A stretch of 64,000 nt of DNA from an uncultured Desulfobacter sp. (GTDB lineage: Bacteria > Desulfobacterota > Desulfobacteria > Desulfobacterales > Desulfobacteraceae): contig OY762069.1 of the NCBI GenBank assembly GCA_963665095.1, forward strand, positions 4,448,001 through 4,512,000, in the 5' to 3' direction. Made by a program: the position numbers and the translations under genes. Under the pieces are notes generated by a model. That model was given only the letters and a program-made list of their open reading frames with translations, was not told where the DNA came from and did not search any database. This document shows, one piece after another, positions 1-8,839 of this stretch. Numbering within the stretch: position 1 is the stretch's first letter; each line of letters opens with the position of its first letter.

Positions 1-226
1 TATCCTGATTGGGGAAGTTCTGGTTACTGAGTTGCTCTGCATGAATAATTGTCACAGATGCAGGTACATTTTTAACAGAAGTTTCGTATTTGGTTGCTGT
101 TACAGTGACCTCTTCGAGTTGGCTGGCTTTTTTTGAGTCTTCTTCTGTTTCAGCAAAGACCAAACTACAGCTGCCAAGCAGGCAAACTGTCCAGATGACA
201 GATAATACCCATGTCATTTTTTTCAT
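1..226 (-). CDS. TonB-dependent receptor, N-terminal part (runs off the window edge; not in the ORF track)
   Basis: Manual translation MKKMTWVLSVIWTVCLLGSCSLVFAETEEDSKKASQLEEVTVTATKYETSVKNVPASVTIIHAEQL: signal peptide, TonB box (EEVTVTAT), start of plug domain (VPASVTII); RBS GAGG upstream. Confidence 0.85.
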   Translation of the reverse strand, partial: MKKMTWVLSVIWTVCLLGSCSLVFAETEEDSKKASQLEEVTVTATKYETSVKNVPASVTIIHAEQLSNQNFPNQD

Positions 227-369
227 CTTTTTTCTTCCTCTTTTTAAATTGTTGTTGTTTCAATAGAAAGCTGATGTGTTAAAAACATGCGCTTTCCACA
301 TATGTTGCGTGCAGATTAAGGCCAAACAAATGTTGACAGGCCTTAGGTGCCAGCATCCTGTATTCCAAT

Positions 370-419
370 AAAAAAGCCACGAAAGCACTTCCAAGAGAGG
401 AAGCATGCCTTCGTGGCTT
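370..419 (-). terminator. Intrinsic terminator/attenuator in the leader of the TonB-dependent receptor
   Basis: Minus strand AAGCCACGAAGGCA...TGCTTTCGTGGC followed by TTTTTT, about 145 nt before the ATG. Confidence 0.7.
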
Positions 420-447
420 ACTTATTATCTAATACTTACCAGGAAAA

Positions 448-533
448 GGGCAACCTGACTAAACACGTTACCCGCTTAAATTTCGCCTGGACGCTTCGCC
501 TATCCAAGGGCGCATTTTTCACGTGCAAGGTTG
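448..533 (-). ncRNA. Candidate structured cis-regulatory RNA (riboswitch-like, class not recognised)
   Basis: Nested pairings on the minus strand: CAACCT/AGGTTG, GCACGT/ACGTGT and an internal TGGAT-AG-GC-GAA-GC-GTCCA hairpin, directly upstream of a terminator. Confidence 0.45.
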
Positions 534-641
534 ATATTGCACAAATTTATCACTCCAGGATGGGCAGTTAACTATCATCCGCCCTTATTAGGGCAGTTAT
601 ATTCATTTTCTGCTTCAGCAGAAAGTTAGATTTAGACAACT

Positions 642-670
642 CGCATAACATGATGCTTTTTTGAAGTCAA
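642..670 (-). promoter_or_regulatory. Possible sigma70 promoter for the receptor leader
   Basis: TTGACT-N17-TATGCG with TG before the -10 element. Confidence 0.3.
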
Positions 671-784
671 TTGAGAATTAATTTCATTAGTAAGCCGGTG
701 ACAAATCAACCAAAGAGGTGTTTTGTTTTCACATAACCAAATTACAGAAAAGAAAACCCTTTAACCTGCCGATCCTTCTCAAAC

Positions 785-815
785 TAACAAGCCCCGCTGA
801 AAGCGGGGCTTGTTA
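785..815 (-). terminator. Terminator of the TAXI-TRAP operon
   Basis: Perfect inverted repeat TAACAAGCCCCGCT-GAA-AGCGGGGCTTGTTA, 35 nt after the stop of 851..2782. Confidence 0.75.
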
Positions 816-850
816 ACATACGAATACTTAGGGAATGAACAACTGTTGTA

Positions 851-2782
851 TCAGGCGCGTGCTTTCTTTAACCACCCGGAAATCTGACCGAACCAGATCC
901 CACTTAACAAGTAAGCATAGGAATATGTACCAACAATGATCAAGATAAAGGCTTTTACGATGTCCATGGTACTGCCGTCCAGACTGAATGCGGGCACATA
1001 GCCAAAGAGAAACGGCCCCAGATAAAGGAACTTGGCAAATTTAAAGGATGCAAAAGCTGTTCGCCACATATTGGCATTGGCAATGGTCGCCCCGGCAAAA
1101 GCGGCGATGCAAACCGGCGGAGTAATATTGGAGTCCTGGGACAGCCAGTAAACGATCATATGTGCGGCCACCTCGTTCACCCCCAGATGGGTGAGGGCCG
1201 GCACAGCCACCACCGCTGTAATCAGGTAGGCTGCCGTTACCGGGACCCCCATACCCAGAACCAGGGAGGCCAAGGCGATTAGAAAGATGGTCAAAATTAG
1301 GGACCCACCGGCCAGTTCGATCACGATGTCAGCAAAGGTCAGAACCAGGCCACTGTAGGTCAGAACACCGATAATCACGCCAATTACCCCCACAGTGGCC
1401 CCGATTTTCAAACTGCTGGTGGTGCCTGTACGGCAGGCATCTACAAACTGGGTTAATTCGGTTTTCAAATCGGCGCCTTTAGATCTTCTACGCAGCGCCA
1501 AGATAACCGAAAATATAAGACCGTAAACCACTAAAAGGCGCTCAGAAAACAATTTTTTCACCGATGCAATGGCTTCAGCCCCCATCATAGCGGTTAATCC
1601 ATGCATCAGCCAGGTGCCTGATAAGACAAAGGCCATGACCCATACAATAGTAAGGTCAATTTTGGTCTCATCTCCTCCCTTGAAACTGATTGCCACGCAG
1701 GTAGCCAGGCCCAGTATTGCTGAATATCCCGGAGAGTACCCTGTGAGCATGAAAATAGTAATTACCACCAGGGGCAGAATGTAGATCCATTCCTCCCTGA
1801 GAATCTGCATGGCCGGCCTTGGTGAGCGTTCACCCACAACGTTGTATTTTTTTGCTTCCCAGTGAACCATCATATAGACACTGAAAAAATACATAAATGC
1901 CGGAAATATGGCGATGAGCATAATTCTGGAATAGGGCAGGCCGGTCATTTCAGCCATGATGAATCCGCCGGCGCCCATGATAGGTGGCATGAACATGCCG
2001 CCTATGGAGGCTGCCGGCTCAATGCCGCCGGCAATATGGGGCCTGAATCCGGCTTTTTTCATCATGGGAATGGTGAAGGTACCGGTGGATACAGTGTTGG
2101 CGATGGCACTACCTGAAATGGAACCGAACAGTCCGCTGGCAATCACTGACACTTTGGCCGGTCCGCCCACTTTATGGCCTACGGCAGCCAGGGGCCAGTC
2201 AATAAAAAACTTCTGAGCCCCGCATTTTTCCAGAAAGGCACCAAACAGAACAAACAGAACTACATAGGTCGCCAGAACATTGGCCATAATACCGAAAACG
2301 CCGTCCCCTTTGTAAAAAAGGCTGGTACACAGGCCCGGCAGAGTGTCACCGGCATGTGCAATGAGATCCGGCATATGGGCGCCGTACATCCCGTAAAGCA
2401 GGAAAATCACACCCAGAATGACAAAGACGTTGCCCACCACCCGGCGGGCAACTTCGATGCCAATCAGGACCCCCACCACGGCAACCCACTGGTCCACCAT
2501 GTTTTCTGCACCGGTGCGGTAATTGATGGCTTCAAAATTGACAATCCAGTATCCCACCGAAACGATGGAAAGCACGATCAGCAAATAATCAACAACCCGC
2601 ATGACCTTGCTTTTTGATTTATAAAGCAGAAAGCAAAGAATATAGGTGATGATTACATAAATACCGCGATGGTATTGCAGATTAGCCGGTTCGACCACTG
2701 CGGACCAGGAGTAAAACAGAACCAGCATGACAGCCAGAATATCGAAAATAATTTTTTCGATTCTTATTAAATTATCATACAT
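851..2782 (-). CDS. TRAP transporter fused permease (4TM/12TM type)
   Basis: 643 aa polytopic protein; SGSAIANTVSTGTFTIPMMKKAG, MPPIMGAGGFIMAE, ITPPVCIAAF motifs; follows a TAXI receptor. Confidence 0.93.
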   Translation of the reverse strand: MYDNLIRIEKIIFDILAVMLVLFYSWSAVVEPANLQYHRGIYVIITYILCFLLYKSKSKVMRVVDYLLIVLSIVSVGYWIVNFEAINYRTGAENMVDQWVAVVGVLIGIEVARRVVGNVFVILGVIFLLYGMYGAHMPDLIAHAGDTLPGLCTSLFYKGDGVFGIMANVLATYVVLFVLFGAFLEKCGAQKFFIDWPLAAVGHKVGGPAKVSVIASGLFGSISGSAIANTVSTGTFTIPMMKKAGFRPHIAGGIEPAASIGGMFMPPIMGAGGFIMAEMTGLPYSRIMLIAIFPAFMYFFSVYMMVHWEAKKYNVVGERSPRPAMQILREEWIYILPLVVITIFMLTGYSPGYSAILGLATCVAISFKGGDETKIDLTIVWVMAFVLSGTWLMHGLTAMMGAEAIASVKKLFSERLLVVYGLIFSVILALRRRSKGADLKTELTQFVDACRTGTTSSLKIGATVGVIGVIIGVLTYSGLVLTFADIVIELAGGSLILTIFLIALASLVLGMGVPVTAAYLITAVVAVPALTHLGVNEVAAHMIVYWLSQDSNITPPVCIAAFAGATIANANMWRTAFASFKFAKFLYLGPFLFGYVPAFSLDGSTMDIVKAFILIIVGTYSYAYLLSGIWFGQISGWLKKARA

Positions 2783-2795
2783 GAATCACCTGCTG

Positions 2796-3773
2796 CTATT
2801 TCAAGAGACCTTTTTCTTTCCAGAATTTCTCAGCACCCGGATGCAAGGGGGTTGCAATACCTTTGAGGCCTTTTTCCAGAGCCATGGCTTTAAACGTTTT
2901 CTTTTGGGAAACCATCCAGGCAAGGCCCTCGGGCGTGTAAACGGCCTTAAGCATATCATAGACCAGGTCATCCGGTGCCGTGCTGCTTGCCACCAGCAAG
3001 GTTGTATCGCGCCAGGAGTTGACATCTTCTGTGATTCCCCGGTAACGGCCATCGGAGGTGGGAGTGGCAAATTGTTCGAAGTTTTTATATTTATCATAAA
3101 AACCATACTTTTTGGCATCTGCGTCCAGGTCCACCAGAGCGATGTCATTCATAGTAGCTGCCTGGATGACCGCAGGGCTCGGATAGGCGGTAAAAAGCCA
3201 GAGTGCCTCCACCTGGTTGTTGCTTAAAGCATCAGCACCAGCATTGTAGCTTATGGCATTGCGCTCAATCTTGTCCCATACGCCCAAGTGAGTAAAAAAC
3301 ATTTCACAGTAAGAAAAAGCACCTGATCCGGCCGGACCTACAGCCACCCGTTTGCCAACAAGATCCTTGACGCTTTTGATTCCTGATCCTTTTAAAACTA
3401 CCAGCTGAGCCGGAGCCTCGTATAGGTAAGAGACCGCCATTACATTGGTGTATTTTTTGGGATCATTAACCATGAGACCCTCACGGCCGGCAAACACATG
3501 CCCGGAGTAGACTGTTCCGAAGTGGGCCTTACCTGAGTCAACTTTCCTCAGGTTTTCAGTTGAACCGCCTGAGGACTGTACCTTGATATTATAATTTAGA
3601 GCCTTGATCGGTTTATAGGTGGCCATGGCCTGGCCTACAATCTGGAAGGTGCCGCCTGCCGGTCCTCCGGCAAAAATGATTAGTTTTTTTGCACTGGCAG
3701 TGGGAACAATGGTCAAGGCCAGCGCTAACACCAAACTTACGCTAAGCAATAAGGGCAGAAATCGTTTTTGCAT
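2796..3773 (-). CDS. TAXI family TRAP solute-binding protein
   Basis: Signal peptide, GGPAGGTF, SGGSTENL, GKRVAVGPAGSG, PLHPGAEKFWKEKG; RBS AAGGAG. Confidence 0.93.
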   Translation of the reverse strand: MQKRFLPLLLSVSLVLALALTIVPTASAKKLIIFAGGPAGGTFQIVGQAMATYKPIKALNYNIKVQSSGGSTENLRKVDSGKAHFGTVYSGHVFAGREGLMVNDPKKYTNVMAVSYLYEAPAQLVVLKGSGIKSVKDLVGKRVAVGPAGSGAFSYCEMFFTHLGVWDKIERNAISYNAGADALSNNQVEALWLFTAYPSPAVIQAATMNDIALVDLDADAKKYGFYDKYKNFEQFATPTSDGRYRGITEDVNSWRDTTLLVASSTAPDDLVYDMLKAVYTPEGLAWMVSQKKTFKAMALEKGLKGIATPLHPGAEKFWKEKGLLK

Positions 3774-3852
3774 AATGGTCTCCTTTAAATGATGTTAATA
3801 AAATAACTATTTATGTATCGAGGCCAATCAGATATTTCAATTAGACGATTTC

Positions 3853-3889
3853 TGATTCTCATGTAAGAAAAATTCTTACATGAGAATCA
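3853..3889. promoter_or_regulatory. 17-bp perfect inverted repeat containing TGTAAG-N7-CTTACA; possible response-regulator site or terminator
   Basis: TGATTCTCATGTAAGAA-AAA-TTCTTACATGAGAATCA, 80 bp upstream of the TAXI gene. Confidence 0.45.
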
Positions 3890-3978
3890 AAAGCGTTTTC
3901 CAACAGCCTCAGAGCCCTAAACTTCTGACTGTCTGCAGCCAAGATTACGCAAAAAGTACAAAAACAAGATGGCAATAC

Positions 3979-4572
3979 TCAATCAAGCAAAACAAGCCCA
4001 GCGATAATTCCCATGGGATTTTTTTCAGGATCAGTACCCTGGGTTATAATTTTCATTTCCCAGCCGATATCCTTTGACAGCTTTAAAAAATTGATTCCAA
4101 TCGCTGACATGGACTGCCTGGCTTTATCAGGATTTCTGCAGGTACCGTTCTCGTGTAGCACCCGGCAGAAGTGATGGTCCGCACAGAACACCTCTTTGCA
4201 TGATCCACCGGCAAATCCCATGGCCCGGGAATAGCCTTTTTCACGTGCAGTTATTTCCAGCAGGGCAGCAGTTTCCTGAATCAGGCCGAGCAGGAGAAGC
4301 CGCTCATTTCCCAAAAGTGCAGATGTGGGGACATCATATTTGAAAACCAGAGCGTGTTCATAACTTTGAATCATGGCTGCAAACCACCCCGGCCCTTTTG
4401 CATGGGGAGGGCAACTCATGGATAATCCATAACCGGAACAGCCAGGATCTTTGCAAAAGGCTGCAAACTTTGGATCTACCGGAATTTTCTCCGTTGGAAT
4501 GATCACGACATCGCCAACACCTTTTTCTCTGGCCATGACCAGAATCTCTTCATAAGCATCCGGATATTTCAC
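3979..4572 (-). CDS. Cys-rich metal-binding protein (DUF2284-like)
   Basis: CKDPGCSGYGLSMSCPPH, AGGSCKEVFC...C...CRNPDKARQSMSAIGI. Confidence 0.8.
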   Translation of the reverse strand: MKYPDAYEEILVMAREKGVGDVVIIPTEKIPVDPKFAAFCKDPGCSGYGLSMSCPPHAKGPGWFAAMIQSYEHALVFKYDVPTSALLGNERLLLLGLIQETAALLEITAREKGYSRAMGFAGGSCKEVFCADHHFCRVLHENGTCRNPDKARQSMSAIGINFLKLSKDIGWEMKIITQGTDPEKNPMGIIAGLVLLD

Positions 4573-4807
4573 TTATTTTTCTCCCACGCCGATTCAATCT
4601 CATACACCACACACGCTAACAAGTATGGCCGGAATATAAACGCTGTATAAATTAAGATAACAATAAAGCAGCTAAAAAATCAACTCTCTTGATTTGGAAC
4701 AATCCATTCGTAAGGGATATATAAATAACAGGTTGCACGCCTTGATAATTTACGTCATATTGTCTTTGTTTGATTCACGGCACTAACCAAATTCAAAGAA
4801 GATCCGG

Positions 4808-5278
4808 ATGGACAACTACAACGCTATTATTGATTCCTCCATTGGCTATCTTGTAGGCCGCTTATCTCGTGCAATTATTAAAAGGCTGTCCAAAAAATTT
4901 CAAGATGCCGGAATGGGCGTCAGTTATGAACAATGGAGTATTCTTGTTCATCTTTACCGCCAGGACGGACAGACACAGCAGGCTTTAGCACGGACAGCCG
5001 TCAAGGACAAAGCTGCCATCACCCGTCTTTTAAATGGCCTTGAAAAAAAAAATATAGTTCTTCGTATTCCTGACCACAGTGATAAACGCAGCAACCTGGT
5101 ATATCTTACCAATAAGGCCAAAGAGCTTAAGCCTCATCTTGTTGGTTTCGTTGAAGAGATGCTCCATGAAGCCGAGCAGGGAATTGATCCGGAAGAGATG
5201 AACCAGTGCCGGATGACAATCAATAGGATATTTGCTAATTTTGATCGTTTAAATAATCCGATATCTTCCGATAAATAG
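4808..5278 (+). CDS. MarR family transcriptional regulator
   Basis: 156 aa; TQQALAR...DKAAITRLLNGLEKK, DKRSNLVYLT. Confidence 0.92.
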   Translation: MDNYNAIIDSSIGYLVGRLSRAIIKRLSKKFQDAGMGVSYEQWSILVHLYRQDGQTQQALARTAVKDKAAITRLLNGLEKKNIVLRIPDHSDKRSNLVYLTNKAKELKPHLVGFVEEMLHEAEQGIDPEEMNQCRMTINRIFANFDRLNNPISSDK

Positions 5279-5316
5279 CCGTTTAACTTTCATAGTCTTG
5301 AAAAAATAATTGTCAT

Positions 5317-5955
5317 CTAAAATTCCACTAGGCTATTTTGAATAGCAAATCTTGATATATCCGCATTGTTCCGCAGGTTCAATTTTTTAAGAAGCCGGGC
5401 TCTGTAAGTATCTACCGTTTTAATCGAGATATTATATGCTGTTGCAATTTCCCGGTTGGTACTCCCGGCCGCAAGCTTTCTAAGTACCTGGAGTTCTCTC
5501 ATGGAGAGACTTTCTATGGGACTTTTTCCCTTGCTTCCCCTAATAACCCTTAATGCAAGCGCTTCACTGGCTTTTTCAGTAAGATATCTGCCCCCGGAAT
5601 ATATCTTTTTCACAGCTTCGACCAGTTGCTCCGGTGCAGACTGTTTTGTCACATACCCCATTGCCCCTGCCTCTATGGCCCTGATAACATATTGCTCTTC
5701 TTCATGCATAGTAAGAATCAGCACAGGAATATTTGGACAATAGGCAGACATTCGGCTGACCACCTCAAGTCCGTCCATTCCAGGCATGGAAATATCTATT
5801 ACGGCAACATCCGGGCGCTCAGTCAAGGCTTTATCAAAAGCGGTTTCACCGTCAGGCGCCTCTGCTATAACTTTGATATCACTATCCTCTTCCAACACCT
5901 TTCTTAATCCTTCACGGACAATGCTGTGATCATCAGCAAGCAGTACTTTTATCAT
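5317..5955 (-). CDS. NarL/UvrY-family response regulator
   Basis: LADDH receiver, DISMPG, LuxR HTH LSMRELQVL...TVDTYRARLLKKL. Confidence 0.95.
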   Translation of the reverse strand: MIKVLLADDHSIVREGLRKVLEEDSDIKVIAEAPDGETAFDKALTERPDVAVIDISMPGMDGLEVVSRMSAYCPNIPVLILTMHEEEQYVIRAIEAGAMGYVTKQSAPEQLVEAVKKIYSGGRYLTEKASEALALRVIRGSKGKSPIESLSMRELQVLRKLAAGSTNREIATAYNISIKTVDTYRARLLKKLNLRNNADISRFAIQNSLVEF

Positions 5956-8080
5956 TATAATCTCCTAAGCTGACTTTACAGGAAATCTGCGTCCCTTTAC
6001 CCGGCTCCGAATAAATGGTTAATTTTCCGCCGGCAAGACCTGCCCTTTCTGTCATGCTTTCAAGCCCAATACCCGGGACTGTACCAGGGTTGCCCAGATC
6101 AAACCCAACCCCGTCATCTTCTATGATCAGAATGATGCCTTTGGTGTCTATATTTAATTTAACGATGATTGTCGTTGCATTTGAATGGCGCAATGCATTG
6201 GTCATTGCCTCCTGGCAAATTCTGTATAGAGCGGTAGCAATTGCTTTGTCAAACACAGGAATTTCATCGTGTTGAAATACACAGGAAACATTGCTCCGCT
6301 TTTCAAACTCCAAAACCATGCTTTCCAAGGCATCGACTAAACCCAGATCATCCAGCACTCTTGGTCGCAGTCGGTATGCCATCTGGCGAACATCCTGAAT
6401 AGTGCCTTCTATCAATGCCCCCATCTGATCAGCCCGGCTATATGCTTTGGCGTCTATGCTTAACAGGTATTTTTTTATCCAAAACGCGTCAATGCGGAGT
6501 GCGGTAAGAACTTGTCCCAAATGATCATGCAACTCCCTTGCAATTAACTCTTTCTCTCTCTCCTGAGAGGCAATAATATTTTTAGATAAATTTTTCAGTT
6601 TTGCCTGCGCAATTTCCAGTTGAGCCGTTCTCTGCCGTACCTGTTTTTCCAAATCAAGAGAATACTTTGACAGAGCCTCTTTTGCTTTTTCAAGGTCTTT
6701 TTGAACCAGGTTTTTATCTGATATATCAACACTTACAGCCAGTGAACGCAGGATTTTACCATGGCCGCCCCTTAATGCACAGCAGGACAGTAACGTATCC
6801 ATTGTTTCACCGCTTTTTTTGACATAGGTATAGGGAATATCTTTACAGAATCCTGTTGAGAAAAACTTTGGTAGGTTTATTTTATTGGCAAAATTTTTTG
6901 ATTCCTCTGTAAAAAACCTGGTTAAATGCTCCCCTATAACTTCTGACCGCCTATATCCCATAACTTCTACCCAATGATCCGAAACATGGATAATCCTTGC
7001 TTCAGTATCAATGGAATGTAACATAACAGGTGTCTTATGGTAAATTTCCCGATATCTTTGTTCCGACTCTTTTAATTTTTTTTCTACTTCTCTCCTCCTG
7101 ACAAGCTCATTGGATGCCATGCGATATAAAATAAAAACCAAAATACCGGCCAGAATTGACACAGAGATTACAATGGAACCAATAAGCTGAATTAACGGCT
7201 GAGTTACATCCTTATGGATTTTCTTCTGATCCCGTAGATGGATAAGATGCCAGTCAGGATAATTTTCTGATATAGGAAGAACCGTACAAAGAAAACCTTT
7301 CCCGGAACTATCTATCATTTTGTCATTACTTTTTCTCTTGAAACCTGCCCAGGCCCATGGTCCATTCCCAAATTGACGGGAACCGACGAGAAGATTCAAT
7401 ACATCTTCCGTGAGTGGATGCATTAGCTTAAATCGGTACTCCGGCACATTTGACATGAAGATAAGGCCTATTGGGTTACAAAATAATAAAATTTCCTCCT
7501 GATCCATCATTAGCGTAGATTCCAGAAACTCCACCGATGCTTTAATTACTGCAACACCTATTATTTGCCCTTTTCTCTTACTGCCTATAACCGGATGGCT
7601 GAAATACACCCCTCGCTTATTCGAAGTTGTTCCAAGAGCAAGGTAAGTTGCCCCCTTTCCCTGTAACGCGTTTTGATAATAGGGTCTGAAAGAGAAATCT
7701 TTCCCTACAAAACTGTCCGCCGCATTTCGATTTGAGGAACAAAGTGTAATCCCTTCCCGGTCAAGCAGATAGGCGACATCAAGGTCCATGGTCGCGGCAA
7801 AAAGATCAAGCAGTTTATTGGCCCTGTAAATGGATTCCAGGTTCGTATGTTTCAATGCATTTACAACTTCTTTTGTTACGGATAAGGTTTTTACGGGCTT
7901 TACATGTTCCGATAAATGCATTGAAACCTGCCGGGCCAAAAGGTTTAAATTTGCACGGGCATCGGACTCTCTTTTTTCGAACACGGCCTCTCTGTAAGAA
8001 TAGTAATACAGCCACCCCCCGGCAGAGGCAGATAAAAAGGCAAAAACAGACAATATAATAATGATTAATCTTAAACGCAT
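5933..8080 (-). CDS. Sensor histidine kinase (Cache, PAS, HisKA_3, HATPase)
   Basis: DFSFRPYYQNAL Cache motif, two TM helices, PAS, IARELHDHLGQ, EAMTNALRHS, EDDGVGF; start placed at MRLRLII rather than the GTG at 8161. Confidence 0.92.
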   Translation of the reverse strand: MRLRLIIIILSVFAFLSASAGGWLYYYSYREAVFEKRESDARANLNLLARQVSMHLSEHVKPVKTLSVTKEVVNALKHTNLESIYRANKLLDLFAATMDLDVAYLLDREGITLCSSNRNAADSFVGKDFSFRPYYQNALQGKGATYLALGTTSNKRGVYFSHPVIGSKRKGQIIGVAVIKASVEFLESTLMMDQEEILLFCNPIGLIFMSNVPEYRFKLMHPLTEDVLNLLVGSRQFGNGPWAWAGFKRKSNDKMIDSSGKGFLCTVLPISENYPDWHLIHLRDQKKIHKDVTQPLIQLIGSIVISVSILAGILVFILYRMASNELVRRREVEKKLKESEQRYREIYHKTPVMLHSIDTEARIIHVSDHWVEVMGYRRSEVIGEHLTRFFTEESKNFANKINLPKFFSTGFCKDIPYTYVKKSGETMDTLLSCCALRGGHGKILRSLAVSVDISDKNLVQKDLEKAKEALSKYSLDLEKQVRQRTAQLEIAQAKLKNLSKNIIASQEREKELIARELHDHLGQVLTALRIDAFWIKKYLLSIDAKAYSRADQMGALIEGTIQDVRQMAYRLRPRVLDDLGLVDALESMVLEFEKRSNVSCVFQHDEIPVFDKAIATALYRICQEAMTNALRHSNATTIIVKLNIDTKGIILIIEDDGVGFDLGNPGTVPGIGLESMTERAGLAGGKLTIYSEPGKGTQISCKVSLGDYNDKSTAC

Positions 8081-8153
8081 AAATCGTACTATAAGATAAT
8101 TTTCTGTTTTTAAGCAACGGTATTTGATAAAAATGACATTGACTTGTAACAAT

Positions 8154-8169
8154 TGTTTCACATGAAACT
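8154..8169. promoter_or_regulatory. parS-like site
   Basis: TGTTTCACATGAAACT versus consensus TGTTNCACGTGAAACA. Confidence 0.5.
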
Positions 8170-8279
8170 GTTGGCGTTGTTCCCTGTTTAAACGATCGCT
8201 TTACCTTTAGTCCACGCACGGTTGATGAGGCTATAGGCCACTAAATTTATGACGAATTATCATTTTTTAAGGTGCATAT

Positions 8280-8831
8280 ATGAGATGTTTCATAGCGATA
8301 ACCTTTGACGATCATATTAAAAAGCAAATCAGGCAAATACAGAAGCGGATTCAATCATCAGGGATCAGGGCAAGCCTGCCGGCGGCTGCCACCTTTCATT
8401 TAACGCTTGCGTTTTTAGGGGATATTTCTGCTTCGTTGATTCCTGACATTCAAACAGTTATTGAAAACGCGGCCCAAGAAACCCAAAATTTCAATGTATC
8501 TTTCGATTGTCTTGGCGGATTCCCAAATACGCGACACCCTAAGGTGATCTGGCTTGGTTCAGGCCAGGCCTACCCGGAACTAACCTTGCTTCAGACCCGA
8601 CTTCAATCTGCCTTGAAGCAGTTTCTTGATATGACGGATAAGAAAAAAGGGACCCCGCATATTACTTTAGCAAGGATTCGAGGTGATTCAGGGTTAAGAC
8701 GTTTGGAGGGTATATTCAGCCTTGAAACGGGTTCAATAGATATACCCGTTAAACAAATCGACCTGGTTAAAAGCCGGTTGCGCCCTTCTGGTGCAGTCCA
8801 CACAACGCTGTTTTCCACGGCATTTGCCTAA
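8280..8831 (+). CDS. thpR: RNA 2',3'-cyclic phosphodiesterase (2H family, 2'-5' RNA ligase)
   Basis: MRCFIAI start; two HxT motifs (FHLTLAFLG, PHITLAR); 183 aa. Confidence 0.88.
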   Translation: MRCFIAITFDDHIKKQIRQIQKRIQSSGIRASLPAAATFHLTLAFLGDISASLIPDIQTVIENAAQETQNFNVSFDCLGGFPNTRHPKVIWLGSGQAYPELTLLQTRLQSALKQFLDMTDKKKGTPHITLARIRGDSGLRRLEGIFSLETGSIDIPVKQIDLVKSRLRPSGAVHTTLFSTAFA

Positions 8832-8839
8832 ATCCATTT

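Noticed and set aside
448..533. Assignment of the leader as a c-di-GMP-I or canonical cobalamin riboswitch
   Set aside because: Only the short 3' GGTTGCC resembles them; the GGCAAA/GACGCAAAG and AGGGAA...CTGTAA cores are absent
347..571. 74-aa + strand ORF
   Set aside because: Antisense to the structured leader and terminator; no RBS or motif
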